Counted from the stretch's first letter, positions 10,069 through 20,911 are shown. The stretch: 64,000 nucleotides of DNA from Bacteroidota bacterium (GCA_037128705.1 JBAXVX010000001.1:174383-238382); one strand, 5' to 3'. The notes: generated by a model not told the origin, from the letters alone. Numbers and translations are program-made.

Positions 10069-11679
10069 ATGGCTGGATATAAGGAGACACCGAGGCAAAA
10101 AATGATCGGGATGATGTATCTCGTTCTTACGGCATTGCTCGCATTAAACGTCTCGAAACAAATCCTGGATGCTTTTCTTGTGGTCAATGAAAGTATGGAG
10201 ACCACCAATGAAAACTTCTCGAAGAAACTGGACAACACCTATGCTAAATTCAAGATTCAATATCAGTTAAACCCGAACAAAGTTGGCCCTTATTGGGAGA
10301 ATGCCCAGAAGGCACATTCCCTTTCTGATAAATTTGCCAAATACATTGACAGCATCAAGTATGTGGTGATCATGCGTACCGATAAACTGGCCACCCTGGA
10401 AGAAGCCAAAAAATTAAATCTGCGCAATGCCAAAAGAAAGGACAACTATGATATACCAACCAGGTTCTTTATTGGTAGTTCTCCTGATGGCTCAGGTGGC
10501 GAATCAAAGGTTCTGAAGGCTAAAGTTGAAAACTATAAAAAACAAATGCTTGAGTTGATTGATCCTAAATTCAGGGCTTCCATAAAGCTCGGAATGGATA
10601 CGGAAGGACCTTTTTATGATGCCGACGGCTCCAAGCAGAACTGGGAAATGCATAATTTTTACCGCACCATCCTGGCTGCCACAGTGACCATCCTGAATAA
10701 AATGAAAGCCGAAGTGTACAATGCCGAGTTTGACGTGGTCAATAACCTGTACGGGTCCATCGATGCGCTGAACTTTAAATTCGATAAAATCCAGGCCAAG
10801 GTGATTCCGCGAAGCAGTTATGTCTTCCTGGGTGAGGAATATCAGGCGGAAATTCTCGTCGGTGCCTATGATACCAAACAAAATCCCGATGTTCGCTATA
10901 CCCTGGGATCTGATTCACTGACCCCCGGCAACTTTAAAAATGCAACTCCGCTGGAAGGATCAAACGGCCTTGTTATTCTGAAACTGGGAGGTTCATCGGA
11001 AGGATTAAAGAAATTTGCCGGGATTATTAAAGTGGTGAGCCCGCTTGGAGATACGATGACCTTTCATTTCAAAGATGAGTTTATCGTAGCCAGGCCTGCC
11101 ATTACGATCTCCCCGACTAAAATGAATGTTTTCTATATCGGCGTGGATAATCCTGTCGAAATCAGTGTTCCCGGAGGCCCCGAACGGATCGTTCCCACGG
11201 TCTCCACCGGGAGTATCCGCCAGGAGGGCAAAGATTGGATCGTTTCAAATCTGACACCTACAGGAGCACGTGAAGCCGTTATCAGCGTAAATGCGGTTTT
11301 TTCAGGGAAATCCAAAAATATGGGTTCCTATAAATTCAGGCTGAAAACCGTGCCCGATCCCTTGATAAAAATTGCAGGAAAGAATGAAGGCTTCATCTCA
11401 AAAAGCTTACTGCTTGCCAGCCCGATGCTTCTGCCTGAAATGCCTGCCGGCTTTGACTTCGACCTTCGTTATACCGTAACATCTTTTGTTTTTTCTACTT
11501 CAACCGCAGCAGGTGAAGGAAATGATGTAAAGGTTCAGGGAAACAGGCTTTCTCCTGAAATTCTTAAGATCATCAACAATGCCCGCCGGGGACAGCGTAT
11601 CTGGTTTGACGATGTGTATGTTAAAGGCCCGGATGGCTCGCGTAAAGTGAACACCAGTCTTAGTTTGAAATTGAACTGA
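10069..11679 (+). CDS. gldM: gliding motility / T9SS protein GldM (PorM)
   Basis: 536 aa. N-terminus MAGYKETPRQKMIGMMYLVLTALLALNVSKQILDAF is the conserved GldM signature; single TM then periplasmic domains. Confidence 0.92.
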   Translation: MAGYKETPRQKMIGMMYLVLTALLALNVSKQILDAFLVVNESMETTNENFSKKLDNTYAKFKIQYQLNPNKVGPYWENAQKAHSLSDKFAKYIDSIKYVVIMRTDKLATLEEAKKLNLRNAKRKDNYDIPTRFFIGSSPDGSGGESKVLKAKVENYKKQMLELIDPKFRASIKLGMDTEGPFYDADGSKQNWEMHNFYRTILAATVTILNKMKAEVYNAEFDVVNNLYGSIDALNFKFDKIQAKVIPRSSYVFLGEEYQAEILVGAYDTKQNPDVRYTLGSDSLTPGNFKNATPLEGSNGLVILKLGGSSEGLKKFAGIIKVVSPLGDTMTFHFKDEFIVARPAITISPTKMNVFYIGVDNPVEISVPGGPERIVPTVSTGSIRQEGKDWIVSNLTPTGAREAVISVNAVFSGKSKNMGSYKFRLKTVPDPLIKIAGKNEGFISKSLLLASPMLLPEMPAGFDFDLRYTVTSFVFSTSTAAGEGNDVKVQGNRLSPEILKIINNARRGQRIWFDDVYVKGPDGSRKVNTSLSLKLN

Positions 11680-11700
11680 TAATATCCATAAGGAGGTAAT

Positions 11701-12558
11701 ATGAAAAAAGCACTTGTCCTGGTTCTGTTCTCCCTGATTTTAGGAGGGATCAGCCTTACATCCTACGCACAGGTCCTGGAAGGCCCTCCCAGGGATGGTG
11801 TGTATGATAAAACCGCCATTACCCAGGTTCAGCCTATCCCTTATCCCTATCTCCGGGAGGCCGATATTGTCTGGACCCGCAGGGAATGGAGGGTGATGGA
11901 TCTTCGCGAAAAGATGAACCAGCCATTTTACTTCCCCGAAAAACCTCAGAACAGCTGGCGCAGTTTTGTTCAGATCATCATGGATGGACTGAAGGAAGGC
12001 ACTGTAACGGCCTATTCCAGCGAATCAGATCAATTCCTGGTCCCCCTGACCTATAAAGAGCTGCTCGACAAAATGGAGCGGTCGGATACTGTAAGACTGC
12101 CTCGCCCCGATAATCCTGACATTTTATTCGATACCGTGATAAAAACGGAATTTGACCCTGCCAATGTTAAGAAACTGAAGATAAAAGAAGATTGGTATTT
12201 AGACAGGCAAAGATCGGTTATGGAGGTAAGGATCCTTGGAATATGCCCGGTGATTGATGAGATTGATAAAAATACCGGCGAAAAAAGGTTTGAAAAAAAT
12301 CTCTTCTGGATCTATTTCCCTGAATGCCGCAACCTTTTTGCCAAGAATGAAATGTTCAACATGAAAAACGGATCAGCCGGGAGAATGACCTACGATGACG
12401 TATTCATGAAACGAATGTTCGCAAGCTATATTTACAAGGAGGAGAATGTTTATGACCGGGCGATCAATGAATATGCTACCGGGGTTGATGCCCTCCTGGA
12501 GGCTGAAAAGGCCAAGAACAACCTGTTTGAATTTGAATCAAATCTCTGGGAATACTAA
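11701..12558 (+). CDS. gldN: gliding motility / T9SS protein GldN (PorN)
   Basis: 285 aa. Signal peptide, conserved READIVWTRREWRVMDLREKMN block, last gene of the gldKLMN string, followed by a terminator. Confidence 0.9.
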   Translation: MKKALVLVLFSLILGGISLTSYAQVLEGPPRDGVYDKTAITQVQPIPYPYLREADIVWTRREWRVMDLREKMNQPFYFPEKPQNSWRSFVQIIMDGLKEGTVTAYSSESDQFLVPLTYKELLDKMERSDTVRLPRPDNPDILFDTVIKTEFDPANVKKLKIKEDWYLDRQRSVMEVRILGICPVIDEIDKNTGEKRFEKNLFWIYFPECRNLFAKNEMFNMKNGSAGRMTYDDVFMKRMFASYIYKEENVYDRAINEYATGVDALLEAEKAKNNLFEFESNLWEY

Positions 12559-12601
12559 ACTCACTCACCCTGGGATCGGGATAAAAAAGTTAAATCGAAT
12601 G

Positions 12602-12634
12602 AAGCTGTCTCTGTTAACCGGGACAGCTTTTTTT
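12602..12634 (+). terminator. rho-independent terminator after gldN
   Basis: aagctgtc..(loop)..gacagctt stem followed by a T-run (12628-12634), 44 nt after the gldN stop. Confidence 0.75.
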
Positions 12635-12671
12635 ATTCCGCTTCATCCAGCCCTGGCTGGGGCAAATTTTC

Positions 12672-12679
12672 TACTTTTG
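12672..12679 (+). promoter_or_regulatory. candidate -7 box (TACTTTTG) for recG
   Basis: TAnnTTTG match, 20 nt upstream of ATG 12700, downstream of the gldN terminator. Confidence 0.45.
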
Positions 12680-12699
12680 CTGTAAACTGACGGACTTTC

Positions 12700-14805
12700 A
12701 TGACGCCATCCTTTGTCGATACACCGATTGAATATCTCAAGGGGGTCGGACCCTCGAGGGCTGAACTTTTGAAAAGCGAGTTGAACATATTCACTTTTGG
12801 CGAGCTCCTGACCTTTTTCCCTTTCCGCTATCTTGACCGTAGTAAATTCTACCGTATTGCAGATATCACCGGCGATTCATCCTATATCCAGCTGAAGGCC
12901 AGGATGGTCCGGATGCAGATCATCGGGGCACCCCGTCATCAGCGGTTGGTGGCGACAGTACGGGACGAAAGCGGCGAAATCGATCTCATCTGGTTCCAGG
13001 GAATAAAGTGGGTGTCGGAAATGCTGTCGGCACGGCAGGAATATGTTGTTTTCGGGAAACCCAGTTTGTTCAACGGACACTGGAATATCTCCCATCCTGA
13101 ACTGGAGATCCTTCCGACCGAGCCGGTGCCGTTAAATGAAATCATCAGGCCGGTTTATAATTCCACTGAAAAATTGAAATCAAAGGGGTTGGATTCCAGG
13201 GGCATCGGAAAACTGATCAAGGGGCTGATCCTTCATGAGAAATTTTTCATCTCCGAAAATATCACAGGGGAGATCCTGCTGAACCTGCGATTAATAGACC
13301 GTCAGGCGGCATTTTTGAATGTTCATTTTCCGCGTTCTCCCGAAATACTTAAGAAGGCTCAAACACGCCTGAAGTTCGAGGAGCTGTTCTTCATTCAGTT
13401 GCGGCTGGCCAGGCAGCGATCGCTCAGACTTAAAAAACAGTCAGGTCACCGGTTTTTAAAGGTTGGGGAATACGTAAATCAGTTTTACCACCAACACCTT
13501 ACTTTCGAGCTTACCAGCGCTCAGAAAAGGGTAATCAAAGAGATCAGGGCCGACCTGGGTTCCGGAACCCAGATGAACCGGTTGCTCCAGGGCGACGTGG
13601 GTAGCGGAAAAACCCTTGTTGCCTTAATGACCATGCTTATTGCCCTCGATAACGATTATCAAAGCTGCCTGATGGCTCCGACCGAGATCCTGGCAAACCA
13701 GCATTACAATACGATTTCAAAGATGCTTACCGGGCTGGATGTTACCGTGAAGTTACTTACAGGTTCAACGAAACCGGCCATCCGCCGTGAAATACTGCAT
13801 CAGCTCAATGAAGGGGAGGTTCAGATCCTTATTGGGACACATGCCCTTCTTGAGGAAAATGTCCAGTTCAGGCAGCTTGGATTCGTGGTGATCGATGAGC
13901 AGCATCGTTTCGGTGTAGCCCAGCGAGCCAAACTCTGGGAAAAAAACATCATCACCCCCCACGTACTGGTCATGACGGCCACACCCATTCCCCGTACCCT
14001 CGCCATGACCCTGTATGGAGACCTCGACATTTCGGTCATCGATGAATTGCCCCCTGGCCGCAAGGCCATCGTGACAAAGCATGTTTATGACCGGGACCAG
14101 GTCAAGGTGTTCAGTTTCATTAGAACCAAAATACAGGAGGGGAGACAGGTATACATTGTTTTCCCGCTCATCCAGGAATCGGAAACGCTTGATCTGAAAA
14201 ACCTGATGGAAGGGTTTGATCATCTGGCAACAGTATTCCCTCCTCCCGATTATGCCTTGGGAATGGTCCATGGAAAGATGAAACAGCAGGAAAAGGAGGC
14301 TGCCATGAAACTCTTCCTGGCGAAGGAAACCCAGATCCTTGTGGCCACCACGGTAATCGAAGTGGGGGTGGATGTTCCCAATGCTTCGGTAATGGTGATT
14401 GAAAACGCAGAGCGGTTCGGCCTTTCGCAGCTTCACCAGTTGCGGGGCCGTGTCGGCAGGGGAAACGACCAGTCCTATTGCATCCTGATGAGCAGGTTTG
14501 AACTTTCAGCCGAAGCACGTAAACGGATCGCCACCATGGTGCGCACCTCGGACGGGTTTGAAATTGCTGAAACAGACCTGCAACTGCGGGGGCCTGGCGA
14601 TCTTCAGGGAACCCAGCAAAGCGGAATCCTTGATTTGAGGATCGCCGATATCGTGAAAGATGAAAAAATATTGAAATATGCACGGAATGTAGCCTCTGAA
14701 ATCATTCAGCATGATCCCCTCCTCAGAAAAAAAGAAAATGACATTCTGGCACGACATCTCGCCCAGATGGACCGCAATCAGCAAAATTGGGGACTGATTT
14801 CCTGA
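12700..14805 (+). CDS. recG: ATP-dependent DNA helicase RecG
   Basis: 701 aa. Wedge/OB N-domain, Walker A GDVGSGKT, DEQHRFG, helicase C-terminal motifs QLRGRVGRG. Confidence 0.95.
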   Translation: MTPSFVDTPIEYLKGVGPSRAELLKSELNIFTFGELLTFFPFRYLDRSKFYRIADITGDSSYIQLKARMVRMQIIGAPRHQRLVATVRDESGEIDLIWFQGIKWVSEMLSARQEYVVFGKPSLFNGHWNISHPELEILPTEPVPLNEIIRPVYNSTEKLKSKGLDSRGIGKLIKGLILHEKFFISENITGEILLNLRLIDRQAAFLNVHFPRSPEILKKAQTRLKFEELFFIQLRLARQRSLRLKKQSGHRFLKVGEYVNQFYHQHLTFELTSAQKRVIKEIRADLGSGTQMNRLLQGDVGSGKTLVALMTMLIALDNDYQSCLMAPTEILANQHYNTISKMLTGLDVTVKLLTGSTKPAIRREILHQLNEGEVQILIGTHALLEENVQFRQLGFVVIDEQHRFGVAQRAKLWEKNIITPHVLVMTATPIPRTLAMTLYGDLDISVIDELPPGRKAIVTKHVYDRDQVKVFSFIRTKIQEGRQVYIVFPLIQESETLDLKNLMEGFDHLATVFPPPDYALGMVHGKMKQQEKEAAMKLFLAKETQILVATTVIEVGVDVPNASVMVIENAERFGLSQLHQLRGRVGRGNDQSYCILMSRFELSAEARKRIATMVRTSDGFEIAETDLQLRGPGDLQGTQQSGILDLRIADIVKDEKILKYARNVASEIIQHDPLLRKKENDILARHLAQMDRNQQNWGLIS

Positions 14806-14824
14806 AAATAATTGTTTTTATTCT

Positions 14825-14832
14825 TACTTTTG
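14825..14832 (+). promoter_or_regulatory. candidate -7 box (TACTTTTG) for pheT
   Basis: TAnnTTTG match, 21 nt upstream of ATG 14854. Confidence 0.45.
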
Positions 14833-14853
14833 TTCCCTTAATCTCTAAGACGA

Positions 14854-17322
14854 ATGAAAATTTCATTTAATTGGTTGAAGCAATATCATGATGCCGATCT
14901 CTCACCTGACAAGGTGGCGGAATTATTAACCGGGTGTGGTCTTGAGGTAGAGAGCATGGATCTGTTCCAGTCAGTAAAAGGAGGGTTGAAAGGGGTGGTA
15001 ATCGGTGAAGTGCTTACTTGTGAAAAACATCCCAATTCTGACCATTTGAGTCTCACAACGGTCAATATTGGAACAAGTGACCCTCTGAGAATAGTTTGTG
15101 GCGCTTCAAATGTGGCTAAAGGTCAGAAGGTCGCTGTAGCAACCCTTGGAACAACCCTGTATTTCAATGACGCGGAGTTAACGCTCCAGCGTACTAAAAT
15201 CAGGGGAGAGGTATCCGAAGGGATGATCTGTGCGGAGGATGAACTGGGACTTGGCTCATCTCATGCAGGAATCATGGTTCTGGACCAGGGTGCACTGGTT
15301 GGTATGCCGGCCAGTGAATATTTCAAAGTTGAGGAAGATGTCGTTTTTACGATCGGACTGACCCCGAACCGGGTCGATGCCGCCTCACATCTAGGTGTGG
15401 CGCGCGATCTCGTTGCGGTTGTGAATAATTTCGGCAAGGATCTGTGTGATTCCTTACATCAAAATCATCTCCTGTTTCCCGATGTGTCGGGTTTCAGTGT
15501 TGATAATCACAACATGCCCATTGAGGTGATCATCGAAGATCCCAAGGCCTGTCCGCGATATTCAGGGATCACGGTTTCAGGCATTACGGTGAAGGAATCT
15601 CCCGGCTGGCTTAAAAACAGGCTCCTTGCTGTTGGTTTACGCCCGATAAATAACATTGTTGATATCACGAATTTCATCCTGATGGAGCTGGGTCAGCCGC
15701 TTCATGCCTTCGACAGTCACCAGATTGAAGGAGGGAAGGTGATCATTAAAAAGTATCCTGAAAGAACGAAATTCAGCACCCTCGATCATATTGAACGTGA
15801 GCTTTCTTCCAACGACCTGATGATCTGCAATACGGCCGAACCCATGTGTATTGCAGGAGTTTTCGGCGGAGTAAAATCGGGAGTGACAACAGAAACCACG
15901 AGTGTCTTCCTCGAAAGCGCCTATTTTGATCCGGTGCATGTTCGCAAAACCTCCCGTTACCATGGATTACAAACAGATGCCTCATTCCGGTTTGAACGGG
16001 GCGCCAACGTCGATATCACGGTGACAGCCCTGAAACGGGCGGCATTGATGATCAGGGAGATTGCCGGGGGAGAAATTTCATCCGAGATCGTTGACATTTA
16101 TCCCAATTCTATTTTACCTGCCACGGTCGAACTTTCGTATGATAATCTCGATCATCTGGTTGGTAAGCGAATTCCCCGCGATGTGGTTGCGAATATTTTG
16201 ACGGACCTTGGAATTCAGCTCCTTGAAGAATCAGGATCGGGGCTCCAGTTGCAGGTTCCCGCCTTTAAAGTTGATGTAACCCGCGAGGCCGATGTGATTG
16301 AGGAGATTATGCGGGTTTATGGATACAATAATATTGAGACCCTGGATGAGGTGCGTTCGTCGCTTTCATATACCATCAGCCCGGATCCGGAGAAAATCCA
16401 GAACATGGTTGCCAACTGGCTTGCAGCCAATGGGTTCAATGAAATAATGAATAACTCACTTACCCGGTCTGCCTATTATACTGACAATGCCGATTTTCCT
16501 TTACAGCAGTGCGTAAAGATGTTGAATCCCACCAGCCGTGACCTCGATGTTATGAGGCAGACCCTGCTTTACGGGGTGCTTGAAAGCAGTGTTTTTAACC
16601 AGAACAGGAAGAACGGCGATCTTAAAATGTTTGAATTCGGAAGGGTGTATTCAACGGTCAGTGAGAAAAATGATCCCGTCCAGGGATATCATGAAGAAAA
16701 TCACCTGGCTATGATGATTACGGGTCGTTCACAACCGGAAAACTGGAATATTGGCGATAAGCCGGTTGATTTTTTTGAACTGAAGGGGATGATGGAAGCG
16801 ATATTTAAAAAACTGGCCGTCAAACAGGACCATTGGGTGATTGAGTCGTTCAAATCAAAACAAATTGCAGACGGACTCTCTTATTTTGTCAACGGGAAAA
16901 AAATCCTTCACATTGGACACATTTGCAGCCCCGTTTTATCTGCATTCGATTGTAAACAACCAGTGGTTTATGCAGAGGTGAACTGGGATCTGCTTTTTTC
17001 CCTTGTTCCGGGAAAAGTAGCACAATATCAGGAGATCCCTAAATTTCCTGAAGTCAGACGTGATCTTGCCCTGCTCGTGGATAAGGAAATCACCTTTAGC
17101 CAGATAGAAAAACTTGCCTGCCAGACAGAAAAGAGGTTATTGAAAAAGGTAGGGTTATTTGATGTCTATGAAGGAGATAAAATTGCCCCGGGAAAGCGGT
17201 CGTATGCGATCAGTCTTATTTTACAGGATAAAGATAAAACGCTGACTGATAAGGAGATCGAAAAAACAGTCGAACGGCTTATCAAAGCCATGAATTCACA
17301 GCTCAACGCACAGATCAGATAA
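14854..17322 (+). CDS. pheT: phenylalanine--tRNA ligase beta subunit
   Basis: 822 aa. N-terminus [11 protein letters not shown].., tRNA-binding OB domain, B3/4 and B5 regions, C-terminal FDX-ACB-like domain. Confidence 0.95.
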   Translation: MKISFNWLKQYHDADLSPDKVAELLTGCGLEVESMDLFQSVKGGLKGVVIGEVLTCEKHPNSDHLSLTTVNIGTSDPLRIVCGASNVAKGQKVAVATLGTTLYFNDAELTLQRTKIRGEVSEGMICAEDELGLGSSHAGIMVLDQGALVGMPASEYFKVEEDVVFTIGLTPNRVDAASHLGVARDLVAVVNNFGKDLCDSLHQNHLLFPDVSGFSVDNHNMPIEVIIEDPKACPRYSGITVSGITVKESPGWLKNRLLAVGLRPINNIVDITNFILMELGQPLHAFDSHQIEGGKVIIKKYPERTKFSTLDHIERELSSNDLMICNTAEPMCIAGVFGGVKSGVTTETTSVFLESAYFDPVHVRKTSRYHGLQTDASFRFERGANVDITVTALKRAALMIREIAGGEISSEIVDIYPNSILPATVELSYDNLDHLVGKRIPRDVVANILTDLGIQLLEESGSGLQLQVPAFKVDVTREADVIEEIMRVYGYNNIETLDEVRSSLSYTISPDPEKIQNMVANWLAANGFNEIMNNSLTRSAYYTDNADFPLQQCVKMLNPTSRDLDVMRQTLLYGVLESSVFNQNRKNGDLKMFEFGRVYSTVSEKNDPVQGYHEENHLAMMITGRSQPENWNIGDKPVDFFELKGMMEAIFKKLAVKQDHWVIESFKSKQIADGLSYFVNGKKILHIGHICSPVLSAFDCKQPVVYAEVNWDLLFSLVPGKVAQYQEIPKFPEVRRDLALLVDKEITFSQIEKLACQTEKRLLKKVGLFDVYEGDKIAPGKRSYAISLILQDKDKTLTDKEIEKTVERLIKAMNSQLNAQIR

Positions 17323-17330
17323 CTTTCGGT

Positions 17331-18560
17331 ATGGATATTCAGTCAATTAAACAGCGCTTCGGTATCATCGGGAATTCTCCTTTGCTTGACCGGGCCATTG
17401 ACATTGCGCGACAGGTTGCAGCAACTGACATCACGGTGCTGATCAGCGGAGAAAGTGGAACGGGAAAGGAGTTCTTTCCGAAAATCATACACCAGCTGAG
17501 CGCTCGGAAGCATGGCCCGTATATCGCTGTGAACTGCGGAGCCATTCCTGAAGGGACCATTGATTCGGAGCTCTTCGGACATGAAAAAGGGTCGTTTACC
17601 GGGGCTCATGAGGCGCGTAAAGGATATTTTGAAGTAGTCGACGGAGGTACTATCTTCCTGGATGAGGTGGCTGAACTGCCACTTGGTACGCAGGTCCGCT
17701 TGTTGAGAGTACTTGAATCGGGCGAGTTTATGCGCGTGGGGTCATCCAAGGTGCTGAAGACCAATGTCAGGGTGGTTGGGGCAACCAATGTCAACATTCC
17801 CGATGCCATTTCCAGCGGTAAATTCCGCCAGGATCTCTATTATCGGCTGAATACAGTTCCTATTCTTGTTCCAGCTTTGCGTGAACGGAAAGAGGATATT
17901 TACCTGCTGTTCAGGAAATTTGCCTCAGATGCAGCCGAAAAATACCGGATGCCGGCCATCCAGGTGGATGATGAAGGACAGCAGGTGCTCAAGAATTACC
18001 GCTGGCCCGGGAACATCCGCCAGCTTAAGAACCTGACAGAACAGATATCTATCATTGAAAAAACCAGGATGATCGATGCTGAAAACCTGGTTAAATACAT
18101 GCCGCAGGGACTGTCGAGTGAACTTCCGGTGCTCTACAAGGGGGAAGACGGGTCAAAGTTCAATGAGCGTGAGTTGCTTTACAAGGTGCTTTTTGATATG
18201 AAAAAGGACATGAACGACCTGAAGCAGCTTGTGATGAACCTGATGCAGAATGATGATGACATCAGCAATAACCTTGGTGAGAATACCCACCTGATCAAAC
18301 GATTGTACAAGGATTTTGAAGAGGGAAAAGAGCCTGTTCAGCCGATCATCGTTCACCGTCCTGAAGACCGGTTTTCAGACCAGGAGGCCATCCAGGAGCC
18401 GGTTGAGGTGGAAGAATCCCTTTCGCTCGAAAAGAAGGAGATTGATTTCATCAAACGCGCCCTGACGAGGCATGAAGGGAAACGAAAAGATGCTGCAAAA
18501 GAACTGGGCATTTCAGAACGGACCCTTTACCGTAAGATCAAGGAATACGACATCGAGTAA
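17331..18560 (+). CDS. sigma-54-dependent transcriptional activator (AAA+ plus Fis-type HTH) without N-terminal sensory domain
   Basis: 409 aa. Walker A GESGTGKE about 40 residues from the start, GAFTGA-loop variant GSFTGA, Walker [16 protein letters not shown]-terminal HTH ..[19 protein letters not shown]. Confidence 0.88.
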   Translation: MDIQSIKQRFGIIGNSPLLDRAIDIARQVAATDITVLISGESGTGKEFFPKIIHQLSARKHGPYIAVNCGAIPEGTIDSELFGHEKGSFTGAHEARKGYFEVVDGGTIFLDEVAELPLGTQVRLLRVLESGEFMRVGSSKVLKTNVRVVGATNVNIPDAISSGKFRQDLYYRLNTVPILVPALRERKEDIYLLFRKFASDAAEKYRMPAIQVDDEGQQVLKNYRWPGNIRQLKNLTEQISIIEKTRMIDAENLVKYMPQGLSSELPVLYKGEDGSKFNERELLYKVLFDMKKDMNDLKQLVMNLMQNDDDISNNLGENTHLIKRLYKDFEEGKEPVQPIIVHRPEDRFSDQEAIQEPVEVEESLSLEKKEIDFIKRALTRHEGKRKDAAKELGISERTLYRKIKEYDIE

Positions 18561-18567
18561 TATTGCC

Positions 18568-18575
18568 TATCTTTG
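18568..18575 (+). promoter_or_regulatory. candidate -7 box (TATCTTTG) for lptE-like gene
   Basis: TAnnTTTG match 8 nt after the activator stop; overlaps the ORF-track TTG start. Confidence 0.35.
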
Positions 18576-18590
18576 TTTATGAATAAAAAA

Positions 18591-19136
18591 ATGCCGATTC
18601 CTGCATTTCACCGGAAACCTTGGTTGATCTCTATGAGATGGGCGTTCTCCATCCTTCTGCCTGCCTTGATATTCCTTCCTGCCTGTCGCGTCAGCTATTC
18701 ATTAACTGGTGCATCCATTTCGCCAAATGTCAAAACAGTTTCCATTACCTATTTTCAGAACAATGCATCCCTGGTGGTGCCAACGCTTTCCCGAACCCTC
18801 ACGGATGCCCTGCGGGATTACTTTACTTCGCAGACAAATCTTGTCCTGGTTGACCGTGGTGGTGATCTTATCCTTGACGGAATCATTACCCAGTATGCGG
18901 TTCAGCCGGTAGCCATTCAGGGAAATGAAACAGCGGCCCTGAACCGGCTGACGGTGGTAGTGAGCATAAAGTTTGTCAATAAAACAGATACCAAGCAAAA
19001 CTGGGAACAATCCTTTACGCGTTACCAGGACTATGCCAGCTCATATAACCTTTCATCTGTACAGGACGGCCTGATTGCCGATATCACGGATCAGCTGGTC
19101 CAGGATATTTTCAATAAGGCTGTTGTCAACTGGTAA
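18591..19136 (+). CDS. LptE-like lipoprotein
   Basis: ORF track 18573..19136, but that TTG lies inside a TATCTTTG -7 box (18568-18575). ATG 18591 or ATG 18633 (MRWAFSILLPALIFLPAC lipobox) are better. Size, lipobox and position after the sigma-54 activator fit LptE-family proteins of Bacteroidota; recalled, not searched. Confidence 0.55.
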   Translation: MPIPAFHRKPWLISMRWAFSILLPALIFLPACRVSYSLTGASISPNVKTVSITYFQNNASLVVPTLSRTLTDALRDYFTSQTNLVLVDRGGDLILDGIITQYAVQPVAIQGNETAALNRLTVVVSIKFVNKTDTKQNWEQSFTRYQDYASSYNLSSVQDGLIADITDQLVQDIFNKAVVNW

Positions 19137-19158
19137 TTATCACCAAGAGTTTAATCCC

Positions 19159-20043
19159 ATGAACCGCCAGCAATTCTCCGAATTCGTCAAAAACCCCGGG
19201 AAGACCAATGCCCAGAGTTTAAAGATGCTCGAGGACCTTGTACGGCGTTATCCCTACTGTCAGTCGGGACAAATGTTGTATACCTATAACCTCTTCAGGG
19301 AAGAAAATCTTCAATATCCCCTGCAGCTGAAAAAAGCAGCTGCCTATGCCAGTGACCGAAAGATACTGAGGGAGTTAATCGATTCTGCAAAAAATAAAAC
19401 AGTAATTGCGGTTCCTCCTGATCCCAAATCGGCGGGTTTACCAATAACTGCCGCAGCCGGAACGCCTGAACCCACACCGGAAATGGCTGTCGTGGGCACG
19501 GAGTTATTGCCGCTGATGGATTCAAAGGTGGAGGTATACCCTGAAATGTTCGGTGCGATTTCTGAACAGGAATTAGCCACTTTTCAGGTGCTGGACAAAT
19601 TCCCGGGGAAGGAACCTGTTTCATTTGTCACCCCTGTGAAAAAACCGGGTGCTGTGGTGCGTTCATACCAATATCCCACACCAGTAACGCATGACCGTTT
19701 GACGACAGAGGAACTTATTTCTATCGTAAAGAAGAGGCTTGCTGAAATAAACGCACAGAAAGAACCTGCTGTTTTATCCAGTAAAGCCAAAGAATCCATC
19801 ATTGACAAGTTCATATTGGATGAACCAAAAATTTCAAAACCGAAGACTGCATTTTTCAATCCGTCCGACAGTTCGACGCAAAGCAACTTCGATGATGAGG
19901 AGATCGTGAGTGAAACACTGGCAAAATTATATGCCTCACAGGGAAATATTCCTAAGGCCATTCATATATATCAGAAATTATCCTTGCTTAATCAAGAAAA
20001 AAGTCGTTACTTTGCGGCCCAAATTGAAAATTTGAAATCGTAA
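19159..20043 (+). CDS. conserved hypothetical protein with C-terminal TPR-like motif
   Basis: ORF track 19075..20043 overlaps the lptE-like gene; ATG 19159 (MNRQQFSEF..) preferred. C-terminus ..LAKLYASQGNIPKAIHIYQKLSLLNQEKSRYFAAQIENLK is a single TPR-like helix pair. Confidence 0.6.
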   Translation: MNRQQFSEFVKNPGKTNAQSLKMLEDLVRRYPYCQSGQMLYTYNLFREENLQYPLQLKKAAAYASDRKILRELIDSAKNKTVIAVPPDPKSAGLPITAAAGTPEPTPEMAVVGTELLPLMDSKVEVYPEMFGAISEQELATFQVLDKFPGKEPVSFVTPVKKPGAVVRSYQYPTPVTHDRLTTEELISIVKKRLAEINAQKEPAVLSSKAKESIIDKFILDEPKISKPKTAFFNPSDSSTQSNFDDEEIVSETLAKLYASQGNIPKAIHIYQKLSLLNQEKSRYFAAQIENLKS

Positions 20044-20056
20044 ATACTTAACCATT

Positions 20057-20386
20057 ATGTACATTTTAATTTCCGTTCTTATCCTGATCGTCTGCGTTTT
20101 GATGGTATTGGTTGTTTTAGTCCAGAATTCAAAAGGAGGAGGCCTGGCTTCGAATTTTGCCTCTTCAAATCAGTTCATGGGTGTTCGCAAAACCGCCGAT
20201 TTTCTGGAAAAAGCCACCTGGACCCTTGCTGTCACACTGCTCTTGCTGAGCCTCTTCTCTGTTTTTATCATTCCAAAGAACCAGGTAAAAGCCGATACCA
20301 TCCAAAGTGAGATCCAGAAACAGATTGATGAAAGCAAAACTGCCCCGATCAAGGATTTCCAAGCTCCACCAACCCAAAAGAAATAG
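20057..20386 (+). CDS. secG: preprotein translocase subunit SecG
   Basis: 109 aa. Two TM helices and the conserved VLVQNSKGGGL motif. Confidence 0.9.
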   Translation: MYILISVLILIVCVLMVLVVLVQNSKGGGLASNFASSNQFMGVRKTADFLEKATWTLAVTLLLLSLFSVFIIPKNQVKADTIQSEIQKQIDESKTAPIKDFQAPPTQKK

Positions 20387-20415
20387 AACATCTCCCCGTC
20401 TATTTATCTAAAGAG

Positions 20416-20451
20416 TGTCAGATTGTCAGCACAATCTGACATTTTTATTTT
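20416..20451 (+). terminator. rho-independent terminator after secG
   Basis: Perfect 11-bp stem tgtcagattgt / acaatctgaca with 4-nt loop cagc, then tttttatttt. Confidence 0.8.
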
Positions 20452-20580
20452 AATTCAGCCCGGGACTGAAAAAATGTCCAGATTTTTTACAAGGAATTCT
20501 TTTGGCATAAAATGTGACTTATCTGTGTAGCCTGTTCAAAAGGTGAATTTCGTATTGTTTAACTTTAAAACATAAGTAAA

Positions 20581-20859
20581 ATGGCAAAAGTGAAGATTAA
20601 ACCATTGGCCGACCGAGTTTTGGTTGAAGCAGCAGCTGCTGAAGACAAAACAGCCGGAGGAATTATCATTCCTGACACTGCAAAGGAAAAACCGCAGAAA
20701 GGGACTGTTGTTGCTGTAGGTCCTGGTAAAAAGGATGAACCCATGACTGTAAAAGTTGGTGACAGCGTGCTTTATGGCAAATATGCCGGAACCGAAATCA
20801 CCATTGATGGCGAGAATTACCTCATCATGCGCGAATCTGATATCGTTGCTGTGATCTGA
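20581..20859 (+). CDS. groES: co-chaperonin GroES
   Basis: 92 aa. [16 protein letters not shown].. ..[16 protein letters not shown]. Confidence 0.97.
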   Translation: MAKVKIKPLADRVLVEAAAAEDKTAGGIIIPDTAKEKPQKGTVVAVGPGKKDEPMTVKVGDSVLYGKYAGTEITIDGENYLIMRESDIVAVI

Positions 20860-20911
20860 TCATCTGAAAACATTTATAAATAAAGTACAATCATTTTAAA
20901 AACGAAAAACC

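Noticed and set aside
12446-12685. 79-aa plus-strand ORF spanning the gldN 3' end and the gldN-recG spacer.
   Set aside because: It is out of frame with the gldN end, reads through the gldN terminator hairpin and the recG -7 box, and has no recognisable motif.
20411-20445. CIRCE-like heat-shock operator upstream of groES (gagtg..cagcac fragments).
   Set aside because: The inverted repeat is tgtcagattgt/acaatctgaca, not TTAGCACTC-N9-GAGTGCTAA. It is followed by a T-run directly after secG, so it is the secG terminator.
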